Position numbers and translations under genes: made by a program
Source of the DNA: Planctomycetota bacterium
GTDB lineage: Bacteria > Planctomycetota > Planctomycetia > Pirellulales > UBA1268
Direction of reading: 5' to 3'
Assembly (NCBI GenBank): GCA_037129495.1
Contig: JBAXUW010000001.1
Coordinates: 9,970-73,969, forward strand
Length of the DNA: 64,000 nucleotides
Notes under the pieces: model-generated
What the model saw: only the letters and a program-made list of their open reading frames with translations
Database searches by the model: none
What the model was told of the DNA's origin: nothing
Part shown: positions 9,054 to 17,070 of the stretch, in pieces
Layout: each line of letters starts with the position of its first letter
Numbering within the stretch: the stretch's first letter is position 1

Positions 9054-9308
9054 AGACGGAAAACTTCCGAACCTTCCGGATGCAGCCGGATTGAACGATG
9101 TCGTCCATGACGCACACACAAACCAGCTTGAAGGATATCATCGGACGGAGCGACCCGAAATTTTGATACCAAAAAAGTTTGTTGAATTCGTTGGATTCAG
9201 CTGCCTCCGGGCGACTCTGCTGGCCTTGCTGATGTTGACGATCCCGGCGGCTGGGCAGAAAATACAGGGACGTCCACGAAACCCCTGCTCTGACAGGATT
9301 TCCAGCCG

Positions 9309-10487
9309 ATGCACGATCGGCATTCCTCTTCCATGGAGCCTGCCGTGCCGGAAGTGATCGTTCGACCAGTAGACACCCGCGCGGATCGGAAGCGATTTAT
9401 CCAACTGCCGTGGCGGATCTACCGGGACGACCCCTGCTGGATGCCACCGCTGGTCATGTCGCAGGAGGAGTTGCTCGGGTTCCGCCCGCACCCGTTTTAC
9501 GACCAGTCGAAGAGCCGATCGTTTCTGGCCACCCGCGGCAACCGCGACGTGGGGCGGATCACGGCAATCGTCAATGCGGGGCACATCGCGCGTTACAAGG
9601 AGCAGCGTGGCTTCTTCGGATTCTTCGAATGCGACGATGATCCCGCTGCGGCCCGCGGCCTGTTTCAGGCAGCCCGCGAGTGGCTCCACGGTCAGGGCAT
9701 GCAGTCAATCCGCGGGCCGGTGAACCCCTCGATGAACTATGAGTGTGGTCTTTTAATCGAGGGCTTCGAGACGCCCCCGTTCTTCATGATGACGCACAAC
9801 CGGCCCTGGTATGGCAAGCTGATTGAGGACAATGGCTTCGGCAAGATCGAAGACCTCTACGCCTTCTGGGGTGAGCTCTCGATGCTCGCGTCGCTCGACG
9901 CAAAGCTCGCTACGATGGTGGAGGGTGTGAAGGATCGCTTCGGCGTGAAGATCCGACCGATCGATCGCAGTCGCTTCGACGACGAGGTGCGGATGTTTCT
10001 CGACATCTACAATGCAAGCCTCGCCGGCACTTGGGGCTTCGTGCCACTCTCGTCGGGCGAGGTGAAGCACATGGCCGAGAGCCTGAAGTTTCTGATTGTG
10101 CCGGAACTCTCGCTCATAGCGGAGGTGAACGGGAAGGCGATCGGCAGTGCCTTCTGCCTGCTCGACTACAATCCGCGGATTAAGGCGATCAACGGTCGTC
10201 TCTTTCCCTTTGGCTTCCTGCGGCTGCTTTGGAACAAGAAGGGCATCAAGCGAATGCGGGCGATCAGTACGAACGTTGTCCCCGAATACCAGGCTTGGGG
10301 CGTGGGGCTTGTGCTGATGGCCGGACTGATCAAGCCGCTGCAGGACTGGGGTATGGAAGAGGTTGAATTTTCCTGGGTGCTCGATAGCAACTACCTCTCC
10401 AAGCGGTCGCTTGAACGTGGCGGTGCGAAGATCACTAAGACGTACCGGATCTATCAGGACGACCCGCCCCAGCGGGCCGGGTCATAA
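9309..10487 (+). CDS. GNAT-like acyl-CoA N-acyltransferase family protein (function unknown)
   Basis: Track ORF 9309..10487 (alternative ATG 9333). By-eye resemblance to a widespread ~380-aa family annotated as GNAT N-acetyltransferases (RIYRDDPCWMPPL, GFFGFFE). Confidence 0.55.
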   Translation: MHDRHSSSMEPAVPEVIVRPVDTRADRKRFIQLPWRIYRDDPCWMPPLVMSQEELLGFRPHPFYDQSKSRSFLATRGNRDVGRITAIVNAGHIARYKEQRGFFGFFECDDDPAAARGLFQAAREWLHGQGMQSIRGPVNPSMNYECGLLIEGFETPPFFMMTHNRPWYGKLIEDNGFGKIEDLYAFWGELSMLASLDAKLATMVEGVKDRFGVKIRPIDRSRFDDEVRMFLDIYNASLAGTWGFVPLSSGEVKHMAESLKFLIVPELSLIAEVNGKAIGSAFCLLDYNPRIKAINGRLFPFGFLRLLWNKKGIKRMRAISTNVVPEYQAWGVGLVLMAGLIKPLQDWGMEEVEFSWVLDSNYLSKRSLERGGAKITKTYRIYQDDPPQRAGS

Positions 10488-10536
10488 CGCCTCCGCAGGC
10501 CCCTCGTGGGTGACGTTTTCTAGCGTGTCGTCTTGC

Positions 10537-10612
10537 AGGCCCACGCATCTGGGTGAAATGCTGCGGGAGGATTTCCTGCCGGCCTATGGGCTCACTGTTG
10601 CCGACGTTGGAA
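10537..10612 (+). pseudogene. relic of a HigA/Xre-type antitoxin N-terminus
   Basis: The translation RPTHLGEMLREDFLPAYGLTVADV matches the characteristic HigA N-terminus (HPGEiLrEeFLeplGls) and then loses similarity. No start codon and no HTH remainder. Confidence 0.35.
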
Positions 10613-10796
10613 CAAGGTGGCTGCCACCTTGTTCTTCGATTGTGCGGGCGCTGGCGATGCACTGCGCACCTGCCGCAGCAAAGCCCTCCTCGGAGCGTCG
10701 CAAAACGGCCGCCATCATCGTGATGGCGGCCAAGACGTGGCCATGCAGATCGAAAATCGGCGCGGCCAGACAGTGGATTCCCGCCAGGCCCGCGGC
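10584..10796 (-). pseudogene. relic of an IclR-family regulator C-terminal (effector-binding) end
   Basis: The minus-frame translation GIHCLAAPIFDLHGHVLAAITMMAAVLRRSEEGFAAAGAQCIASARTIEEQ matches the IclR/KdgR C-terminal pattern G-I-x-C-[IL]-A-[AV]-P-[IV]-F-D..G..[IL]A..[ST]...R.SEE...A.AR.I. There is no start codon, no N-terminal HTH, and a repeat copy abuts it upstream. Confidence 0.5.
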
Positions 10797-10797
10797 C

Positions 10798-10845
10798 CAA
10801 TCGACAGGAAGCGATGTTTCGCGTGAAGTGAGAAACTTTTCCCAC
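10798..10845 (-). repeat. box repeat plus 'cacgcgaaacatcgc' module (copy C2)
   Basis: The minus strand reads gtgggaaaagtttctcacttcacgcgaaacatcgcttcctgtcgattgg. It is colinear with 49681-49730, gtgggataagatttctaacttcacgcgaaacatcgcatcctgcgatttt. Confidence 0.75.
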
Positions 10846-10865
10846 TTCCAGGCAGGGGAGGCAAC

Positions 10866-11756
10866 TCAGCCTTCGCCAAGGAAGTTTGGCCGGAGGCGGT
10901 AGCTGCCGGTTTCAAGCCGCTTCAAGACGCCCACCAGCTGGCCGCTGGCATCGAGAGCCGCGATGGTGGGGCCCGGGTTCTCGGGCAATGCAGCCACGTT
11001 GAGGAGTCCGCCGCGGACGGCGCTGGCGAGCAGATCGCCATCCAGCACCATGCTAGGGAGATGGCTGACCGCGGCCGACGCCGGCAGGAGCGCTGCCGTC
11101 ACCGCCTCAAGAGTGATCGCATCCAGCGGCAGACTCTGCTCCAGTAAAAACGGCCCGACCGCCGTTCGCACGAGTGACTTCATCACCGCTCTCGTGCCGA
11201 TCGCGATTGCGAGGTCGCGGCCGATTGCCCGCACAAACGTGCCCGACGAACACTCAATCTTCATGGCCAGCCGCGGCCACTCGTAGCCCGTGATCGTGAG
11301 CCGCTCAATCCGGACCGGCTTTTCGGCAAGCGTGAGCTCCTGCCCCTGGCGGGCAAGGCGATAGGCCCGCTTCCCATCGACATGCACGGCCGAGTAGTCG
11401 CACGGCCGCTGCATGATGTCACCCCGAAACGCCTCGGCCGCCGCCTCAATCTCGGCCGCCGACGGCCGCACGGGGTCTGCCTCCTCTGTCATCAAAGTCT
11501 CCACATCGTCTGACGGGCTCGACCGCCCCAGCAGAAACGTGGCCGCATAGTGCTTCGGGAGTTCGTGCAGGGCGTCGACGAGTTTTGTGGCATTGCCCAC
11601 GCAGACGATGACAACGCCGCTGGCGAGCGGATCGAGCGTGCCGGCATGGCCGACCGCTTTCATGCGGAGGCTCCGCGCCACCACGTTGACGACACCCCGC
11701 GACGATACGCCCACAGGCTTGTCAACCGGGATCACACCCGTATATGGGAAATGCAT
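10866..11756 (-). CDS. truB: tRNA pseudouridine(55) synthase
   Basis: GVIPVDKPVGVSS and the catalytic-Asp motif GHAGTLDPLASGVVIVCVG. Size is typical for TruB. Confidence 0.9.
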   Translation of the reverse strand: MHFPYTGVIPVDKPVGVSSRGVVNVVARSLRMKAVGHAGTLDPLASGVVIVCVGNATKLVDALHELPKHYAATFLLGRSSPSDDVETLMTEEADPVRPSAAEIEAAAEAFRGDIMQRPCDYSAVHVDGKRAYRLARQGQELTLAEKPVRIERLTITGYEWPRLAMKIECSSGTFVRAIGRDLAIAIGTRAVMKSLVRTAVGPFLLEQSLPLDAITLEAVTAALLPASAAVSHLPSMVLDGDLLASAVRGGLLNVAALPENPGPTIAALDASGQLVGVLKRLETGSYRLRPNFLGEG

Positions 11757-13290
11757 AGAGCTCCGCTATTTCTTCGGGGGTTTGACCGGCGACGGAAAGA
11801 CGTTTCCGCAAAGCCTGAGGATCGGCCACCGCTCCCGCCACGAGGCGATCAAACTTCAGCGCAACGACCGCTGCCGTGCGGGCCGCGTCGGATCGGGCGT
11901 GGCCGAGCGGATACCGCACCAGACCGCCGCCGAGTGGCCCAAGCGACTCGTGCTCGATCGTGACGCTCGTCGGGATGCCGTCAGGATAGAGCACGTCATA
12001 GGCTTGGCCCCCGTGCTCGATCACAATCCGGTCGATCAAGCTACTCACTTCGAGGTCGGCAATCGCCGCAGTGGAATAATCCTCTGGCAAGAGCATGACC
12101 GACTCCCAGTCGATCACGGCACCGGCGGTCACAGCGGCGCGGGCCTTGAGGATCGTCTTGGCGAGAATGAAGGGGAGCGAGTGGTCAGCCGACTGCCGGG
12201 TGGTCGGCGTCTTCTTTGCCGGATCGGCAATGATCGAGTAGGCCGGCTCATAGATCTTGACGCGGATCGCGCGGATGCGGCTGAGATCGCTGGCCACCGC
12301 AGGGTGGAGCGCAAGCGTGTCGATGATCGACTGGATCGCGCCGGCCGACTGATGCTCGTAGAGCCCGAGCTTAAAATGCATCGGATGGATCGCGAAGGCA
12401 TCGCCAGCAACGCCCAGTTCCAGATCAAACGGGCTTTGCCCAGCAGGGCCGGGCTCGCTGAGCCGGTAGATCGCCAGCGGATTACGAAACACATCCTGCG
12501 GCCCGAGAAAACCGGCCAGTGCTCGGCGGGCGCTCAGCACGGCCACCTCCGCCGAGAGCGCCGCCGACGCCCCTTTGCTGTCGGAGAGTTGCTGGCCGGC
12601 GCGGATCGCACGGTAGGGCACATAGTGGGCTACCACCATCCCAATCGCCGACTCAATCTGGTCAGCCGTGCCGCCGACGGCTGCCGCAAACGCCGCCGCA
12701 CTTGCCACGGCCCCATGATGCACATGGTCGATCGAATATTTCCGCAGCGCAAAGACCTCCGCCAGCCGGCCGCGGATCTCGTCGATCAGGAGCATTACGC
12801 GGAGCGTGGCATCGCCATCGAGACGGGCCTCCCGCGCGGCGGCGACCGCGACGGGATAGAAATCGTTGTGGCCAAACTCGCCGGCCGTGCGGCCCTTGGC
12901 GGCGTCGTAGCCAAAATTCGTGCCGTTGGAATCCCACTCGCGGACAGCCGAGGCATTCGCGACAACGGCCTTCTCGATCGCGCAGGGGTGGGCCGAGCCG
13001 AAGCAGATGCCACCCCGGCTGCCCACGCCCGGGGCCGTATCAAGCGCCTCCCGCCGCAGGACGGTCGGAGCATTGGCCCGCTGAGCCAGGGCCGAAACGC
13101 CGCAGCCGACGCTGTCGAGATGAAACTGTTCGAGCCGGTCGAGCGTGGCCGAACCGATGCTCCGGGGCGACTGGAGAAATTCGATGCAGTAGCGGGCCAG
13201 GCCGCGGGCCTGGTTTTCCGTCCGTGGCAACAAAACGGTCTCGGCCGGGCGGCCGGAACCGGGCGTGGAGGGCAGCGTTTGAGTCGGCAT
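11722..13290 (-). CDS. MmgE/PrpD family protein (2-methylcitrate dehydratase-like)
   Basis: Track ORF 11722..13365(-), with the start set at ATG 13290 (MPTQTL). Length and by-eye similarity fit the PrpD fold family. Its 3' end overlaps the truB start by 35 nt. Confidence 0.7.
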   Translation of the reverse strand: MPTQTLPSTPGSGRPAETVLLPRTENQARGLARYCIEFLQSPRSIGSATLDRLEQFHLDSVGCGVSALAQRANAPTVLRREALDTAPGVGSRGGICFGSAHPCAIEKAVVANASAVREWDSNGTNFGYDAAKGRTAGEFGHNDFYPVAVAAAREARLDGDATLRVMLLIDEIRGRLAEVFALRKYSIDHVHHGAVASAAAFAAAVGGTADQIESAIGMVVAHYVPYRAIRAGQQLSDSKGASAALSAEVAVLSARRALAGFLGPQDVFRNPLAIYRLSEPGPAGQSPFDLELGVAGDAFAIHPMHFKLGLYEHQSAGAIQSIIDTLALHPAVASDLSRIRAIRVKIYEPAYSIIADPAKKTPTTRQSADHSLPFILAKTILKARAAVTAGAVIDWESVMLLPEDYSTAAIADLEVSSLIDRIVIEHGGQAYDVLYPDGIPTSVTIEHESLGPLGGGLVRYPLGHARSDAARTAAVVALKFDRLVAGAVADPQALRKRLSVAGQTPEEIAELYAFPIYGCDPG

Positions 13291-13427
13291 CTTTTCTGTC
13301 TGTTTCTCTCCCTGGAGGGCACTCGAGTGGCTGTCGTAGCCGCAGTTGTACACAACGGGAAACATCGAAACTCCGACCGTGCCGGTCTGGCTACGTGTTT
13401 GGCTGCGGGACGGTTACAATACCGGAT

Positions 13428-15461
13428 ATGATCCCGACCCAACTGGGCCCCTATACGATCCAGTCTCGACTCGGTCGTGGCGGCATGGGGGCAGTCTACG
13501 AGGCGATCGACGCGGCGAACGGCAACTCGGTCGCCGTGAAGGTTCTTGCCGCGCACCTCGCCGACGATGCCGGAGTCAGACAGCGGTTTGATGCCGAAAT
13601 CGAAACGCTCAAAAATCTCCGTCATCCGGGCATCGTCCAACTGCTCGCATTTGGCGTGCATGACGACCAGCCCTACTTCGCGATGGAACTGGTCCGCGGC
13701 AAGAGCCTGGAGCAAATTCTTCGCGCCGGCCGCCGGTTCACCTGGCGGGAGACCGTGAATGTCGCGATTGAGATCACCCGGTCCCTGAAATACGCCCACG
13801 ATAATGGCGTGGTGCACCGGGATCTCAAGCCTGCTAACCTCCTCCTTGCCCTCGCCGACAGTTCGCCGGAGGCGGCAGCCGCTTCAGCATCTGGCGCTGC
13901 CGGCGGGGGTGGCGGAAAGGTGATTGTAAAGCTTGCCGACTTCGGGATCGCGAAGCTCTTCGGCGGGGCGTCTCACACGGCGCATGGCCATGCGGTCGGC
14001 ACTCCCGAATACATGGCACCAGAGCAGGCGACCGGCAAGCCGATCGATCTGCGGGCCGATCTCTACGCCTTGGGCCTCGTGATGTATGCGATGCTGACCG
14101 GCGGGCCGCCCTTCCGCGGCACGCAGTTGGCTGAGATCATCGACAAGCAACTCCGGTCGATTCCGCCCCGCGTGTCGACGCTCGTTCTCGACGTGCCGCC
14201 GGCACTCGACGAGTTGATCGCTCGCCTGCTCTCCAAGGAGCCCTCGCAGCGGCCCGCCAACGGCCTGGCGCTTGGTCGGATCCTGGCCGAGATCGTGACG
14301 CTCCATGCGACTCTACCCGCCGCCAGCCACGATGCTCTGCGAACTCTTCCATTCACAACTGAAGTGGCTGTTTCCCCTCCCGTGAAAGCCGTCGATCTGC
14401 AGGTGGCCACGCAGCCGCTGCCTATTTCAAAACAGCCCTCGGCTGCCGGCCAACTCGGGCAGCGGCCCGCCCCGCTCGTTGGCACTCTAGCTCCCCCAGT
14501 TGGCAGTCTCGGGGAGACGATCGACCTCACCGGCGGTAACGCACTGGCACCGACCGCGGCCTTGGCATTGCCAGCGAAGCCATCTCAGATCCCCACCGCT
14601 GCGGCGTCGGCCGAGACCCTGGTCGATCGCAGCCTGCGCGACAGATTCACGAGAATGGCGGAAGAAGAACGCAACAAAGCCGAGGCCGAGGCCCGGGAGC
14701 AACGGTGGCAACTGGTCTGGCAGATGCTCACGGGGACCGTGGTCATCGCGGCGTCAGCGTTTGGCGGCTGCCTACTATTTAAGCCGGTGACCGCCGATCA
14801 GCTCCATCAACGGATCATGGCCGTCGTCGATGAGAAGAGCGGCGACCGCCGTGACGTCCGCGACGAGATCGAACTCTTTCTCGAGCGGCACGGCGACGAC
14901 CCTCGAGCTGCTGACATTCGCACGCACAAACACGACCTCGACCTCAACAGGCTCGAAATCCGCTTACGTCGTCGCCCCCGCAGCGATCAGGACCAGACGC
15001 CGCTCGAACGCGACTACCGCGCTAGCTTGCCAACCGAGAAAGACGGACCATCTGCCTGGCTGAAGTCGCTTGAGGCCCTGCTCGCCGTGCAGGGAGAGAG
15101 GCCTCACGCCAAGAGTGATGATAATCTCTTGCTCGATCTCATCCGCCGACAGATGGATCGGCTCCGCCCTCGAGCGGCTGAAGAGCAACAGGATGACCTC
15201 TCCCTGATTGAAAAACTCGTTGCCAAGGCCGCCTCCTTCGCGGCCCGGGCCCAGATCGCCAACGACGAGGTCGCCCGCAGGAATCTCATTGCGCAGCAGC
15301 GGGCGACTCTCGAGAACATCATCGAGGTCTATGCCAAGCGGCCATATGCTGCCGAAGCTGTTGAGACTGCCCAACGTGAGTTGGCAGCCATCGCCCTTGA
15401 GTGGCCAACTCCACAGGCAAGGCCACCGGCGACTCCCGCACCACCGACTGGAACCGACTGA
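13428..15461 (+). CDS. Ser/Thr protein kinase with a TM segment and a helical C-terminal domain
   Basis: Real start MIPTQLGPY at ATG 13428, inside track ORF 12519..15461. GRGGMGAVYEA, AVK, HRDLKPANLL, DFG, GTPEYMAPE. TM helix VVIAASAFGGCLLF. Confidence 0.9.
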   Translation: MIPTQLGPYTIQSRLGRGGMGAVYEAIDAANGNSVAVKVLAAHLADDAGVRQRFDAEIETLKNLRHPGIVQLLAFGVHDDQPYFAMELVRGKSLEQILRAGRRFTWRETVNVAIEITRSLKYAHDNGVVHRDLKPANLLLALADSSPEAAAASASGAAGGGGGKVIVKLADFGIAKLFGGASHTAHGHAVGTPEYMAPEQATGKPIDLRADLYALGLVMYAMLTGGPPFRGTQLAEIIDKQLRSIPPRVSTLVLDVPPALDELIARLLSKEPSQRPANGLALGRILAEIVTLHATLPAASHDALRTLPFTTEVAVSPPVKAVDLQVATQPLPISKQPSAAGQLGQRPAPLVGTLAPPVGSLGETIDLTGGNALAPTAALALPAKPSQIPTAAASAETLVDRSLRDRFTRMAEEERNKAEAEAREQRWQLVWQMLTGTVVIAASAFGGCLLFKPVTADQLHQRIMAVVDEKSGDRRDVRDEIELFLERHGDDPRAADIRTHKHDLDLNRLEIRLRRRPRSDQDQTPLERDYRASLPTEKDGPSAWLKSLEALLAVQGERPHAKSDDNLLLDLIRRQMDRLRPRAAEEQQDDLSLIEKLVAKAASFAARAQIANDEVARRNLIAQQRATLENIIEVYAKRPYAAEAVETAQRELAAIALEWPTPQARPPATPAPPTGTD

Positions 15462-15465
15462 CACC

Positions 15466-16845
15466 ATGAGCATCAATACGCAGCCCACAACTCTCCACAC
15501 GGCCCATCTGGGCCAGGTGGCGCAGCTGGCCCACTTGGCGCATGCCGACCGCCGCACCGCCAGCCACGCTGCCTTCGCGCGGGCCAAACAACTGATTCCC
15601 GGCGGCGTCAATTCACCGGCTCGAGCCTTTGGCGGCGTGGGCGGCGAGCCGATCTTTTTTAAGAATGGCCAGGGCCAGTGGCTCACCGACATCGATGGCA
15701 ACAGCTACCTCGATTACATCGGCTCCTGGGGACCGATGATCCTCGGCCACCGGCACCCACGGGTCGTCGCCGCAATCGCCGCGGCGCTCGAAACAGGCAC
15801 AAGCTACGGCGCGCCAACAGAGGCCGAGAGCGGGTTGGCCGAGATGATCATCGAGGCAGTTCCGAGCATCGAGAAGGTCCGCATGGTCAGCTCCGGCACC
15901 GAGGCGACGATGAGCGCGGTGCGACTCGCTCGGGGGTTCACCGGCCGCGACAAGCTGATCAAGTTTGCGGGCAACTACCACGGCCATGCCGACAGCCTGC
16001 TCGTGGCCGCTGGTTCTGCGGCCGCCACGCTCGGCGTGCCGAATTCACCAGGCGTAACGGCCGGTACGGCCCAAGACACGATCGTGCTTGAATACAACGC
16101 TCCCGAGCAGCTGAAGGCGGCGTTTCGATCAGGCGGAGCCGCGATCGCGGCTGTGCTCATGGAGCCCGTGGTGGGCAACATGGGGCTGGTCGTGCCGACG
16201 CGGGAATTTTTGGAGACCGCCCGCCGACTCACTCACGCCCATGGCGCACTCCTCGTCTTCGATGAGGTGATGACGGGCTTCCGGCTCTCACTCGGCGGTG
16301 CGCAACAGATCCTCGGCGTCACGCCCGATCTCACCACGCTCGGCAAGATCGTCGGCGGCGGCCTGCCGCTGGGGGCCTACGGCGGCCGCCACGATGTGAT
16401 GGACCATGTGCTTCCGGCTGGCAAGGTGTTTCAGGCGGGCACGCTCTCGGGCAATCCACTCGCCGTCGCAGCCGGCACGGCCACGCTCGCAGAGCTTCGC
16501 GATGACCCGCCCTACGCCCATCTGGAGCGGCACGGAGCCATGCTTGAGCAGGGCTTCCGCGCCGCCGCCGCCAAGGCAGGCATCCCGGTGTGGGTCGCCC
16601 GCGTGGGCAGCATGATGACGATCTTCTTTCAGCGAGGGCCGCAGGCCGTGCCCGTTCTCGGCTGGCAGACCGCCTCGCAGAGCGACACCGCTCGCTACGC
16701 AGCCTTCTTCTGGGGCATGATCGATCGCGGCATCTATCTGCCGTGCAGCCAATACGAGGCGCTCTTCTTTTCCAGCACGCACACCGACGCCGACATCGAA
16801 ACGACGATCGCGGCGGCTGAGGAAGTGCTCGTGGCGATCGCCTGA
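15466..16845 (+). CDS. hemL: glutamate-1-semialdehyde 2,1-aminomutase
   Basis: Start at ATG 15466, inside track ORF 15208..16845. IPGGVNSPARAF, class-III aminotransferase body, LGKIVGGGLP (PLP-lysine region). Confidence 0.95.
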   Translation: MSINTQPTTLHTAHLGQVAQLAHLAHADRRTASHAAFARAKQLIPGGVNSPARAFGGVGGEPIFFKNGQGQWLTDIDGNSYLDYIGSWGPMILGHRHPRVVAAIAAALETGTSYGAPTEAESGLAEMIIEAVPSIEKVRMVSSGTEATMSAVRLARGFTGRDKLIKFAGNYHGHADSLLVAAGSAAATLGVPNSPGVTAGTAQDTIVLEYNAPEQLKAAFRSGGAAIAAVLMEPVVGNMGLVVPTREFLETARRLTHAHGALLVFDEVMTGFRLSLGGAQQILGVTPDLTTLGKIVGGGLPLGAYGGRHDVMDHVLPAGKVFQAGTLSGNPLAVAAGTATLAELRDDPPYAHLERHGAMLEQGFRAAAAKAGIPVWVARVGSMMTIFFQRGPQAVPVLGWQTASQSDTARYAAFFWGMIDRGIYLPCSQYEALFFSSTHTDADIETTIAAAEEVLVAIA

Positions 16846-16852
16846 CAAGGCG

Positions 16853-17058
16853 GGCAAGAAAACGTATCCCACGAGGAGAGAGGGATTCCGGAGAGCCGGG
16901 ATCGGCGGAAGCCCGACGAGCGTTGGAATTTCGCCCTGTTCAGTCCTGAACTACCAACACGCCCCACGGCGAAAGTCCAAGCGAAGGAGACTTCTGCCGG
17001 CCCGGCGGTGCAGTGCCACAGCGGGTAGCAACACGCATTTGGACAAGTTAGATCCCAC
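16853..17058. repeat. ~200-bp composite intergenic element, copy A, bounded by box motifs
   Basis: Starts ggcaagaaaacgtatcccac and ends ggacaagttagatcccac. The interior aligns with 24536-24736, sharing identical blocks gcgaaggagacttctgccggcccggcg, cacggcgaaagtcc and gaactaccaacac. Confidence 0.85.
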
Positions 17059-17070
17059 GGGCGCGACGGC

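Noticed and set aside
10363-10902. 179-aa plus-strand ORF spanning the GNAT 3' end, the relic region and the truB 3' end.
   Set aside because: It is a read-through of unrelated pieces. Only ~24 residues (the HigA-like fragment) look like protein; the rest overlaps other features and repeats.
11587-13431. 614-aa plus-strand ORF antisense to the PrpD/MmgE gene. Also the 5' part of 12519..15461, and 12795..13817(-).
   Set aside because: Arg/Pro/Gly-rich, motif-free translations are typical of antisense or out-of-frame ORFs in GC-rich DNA. The opposite or alternative frames carry clear PrpD-family and kinase sequences.
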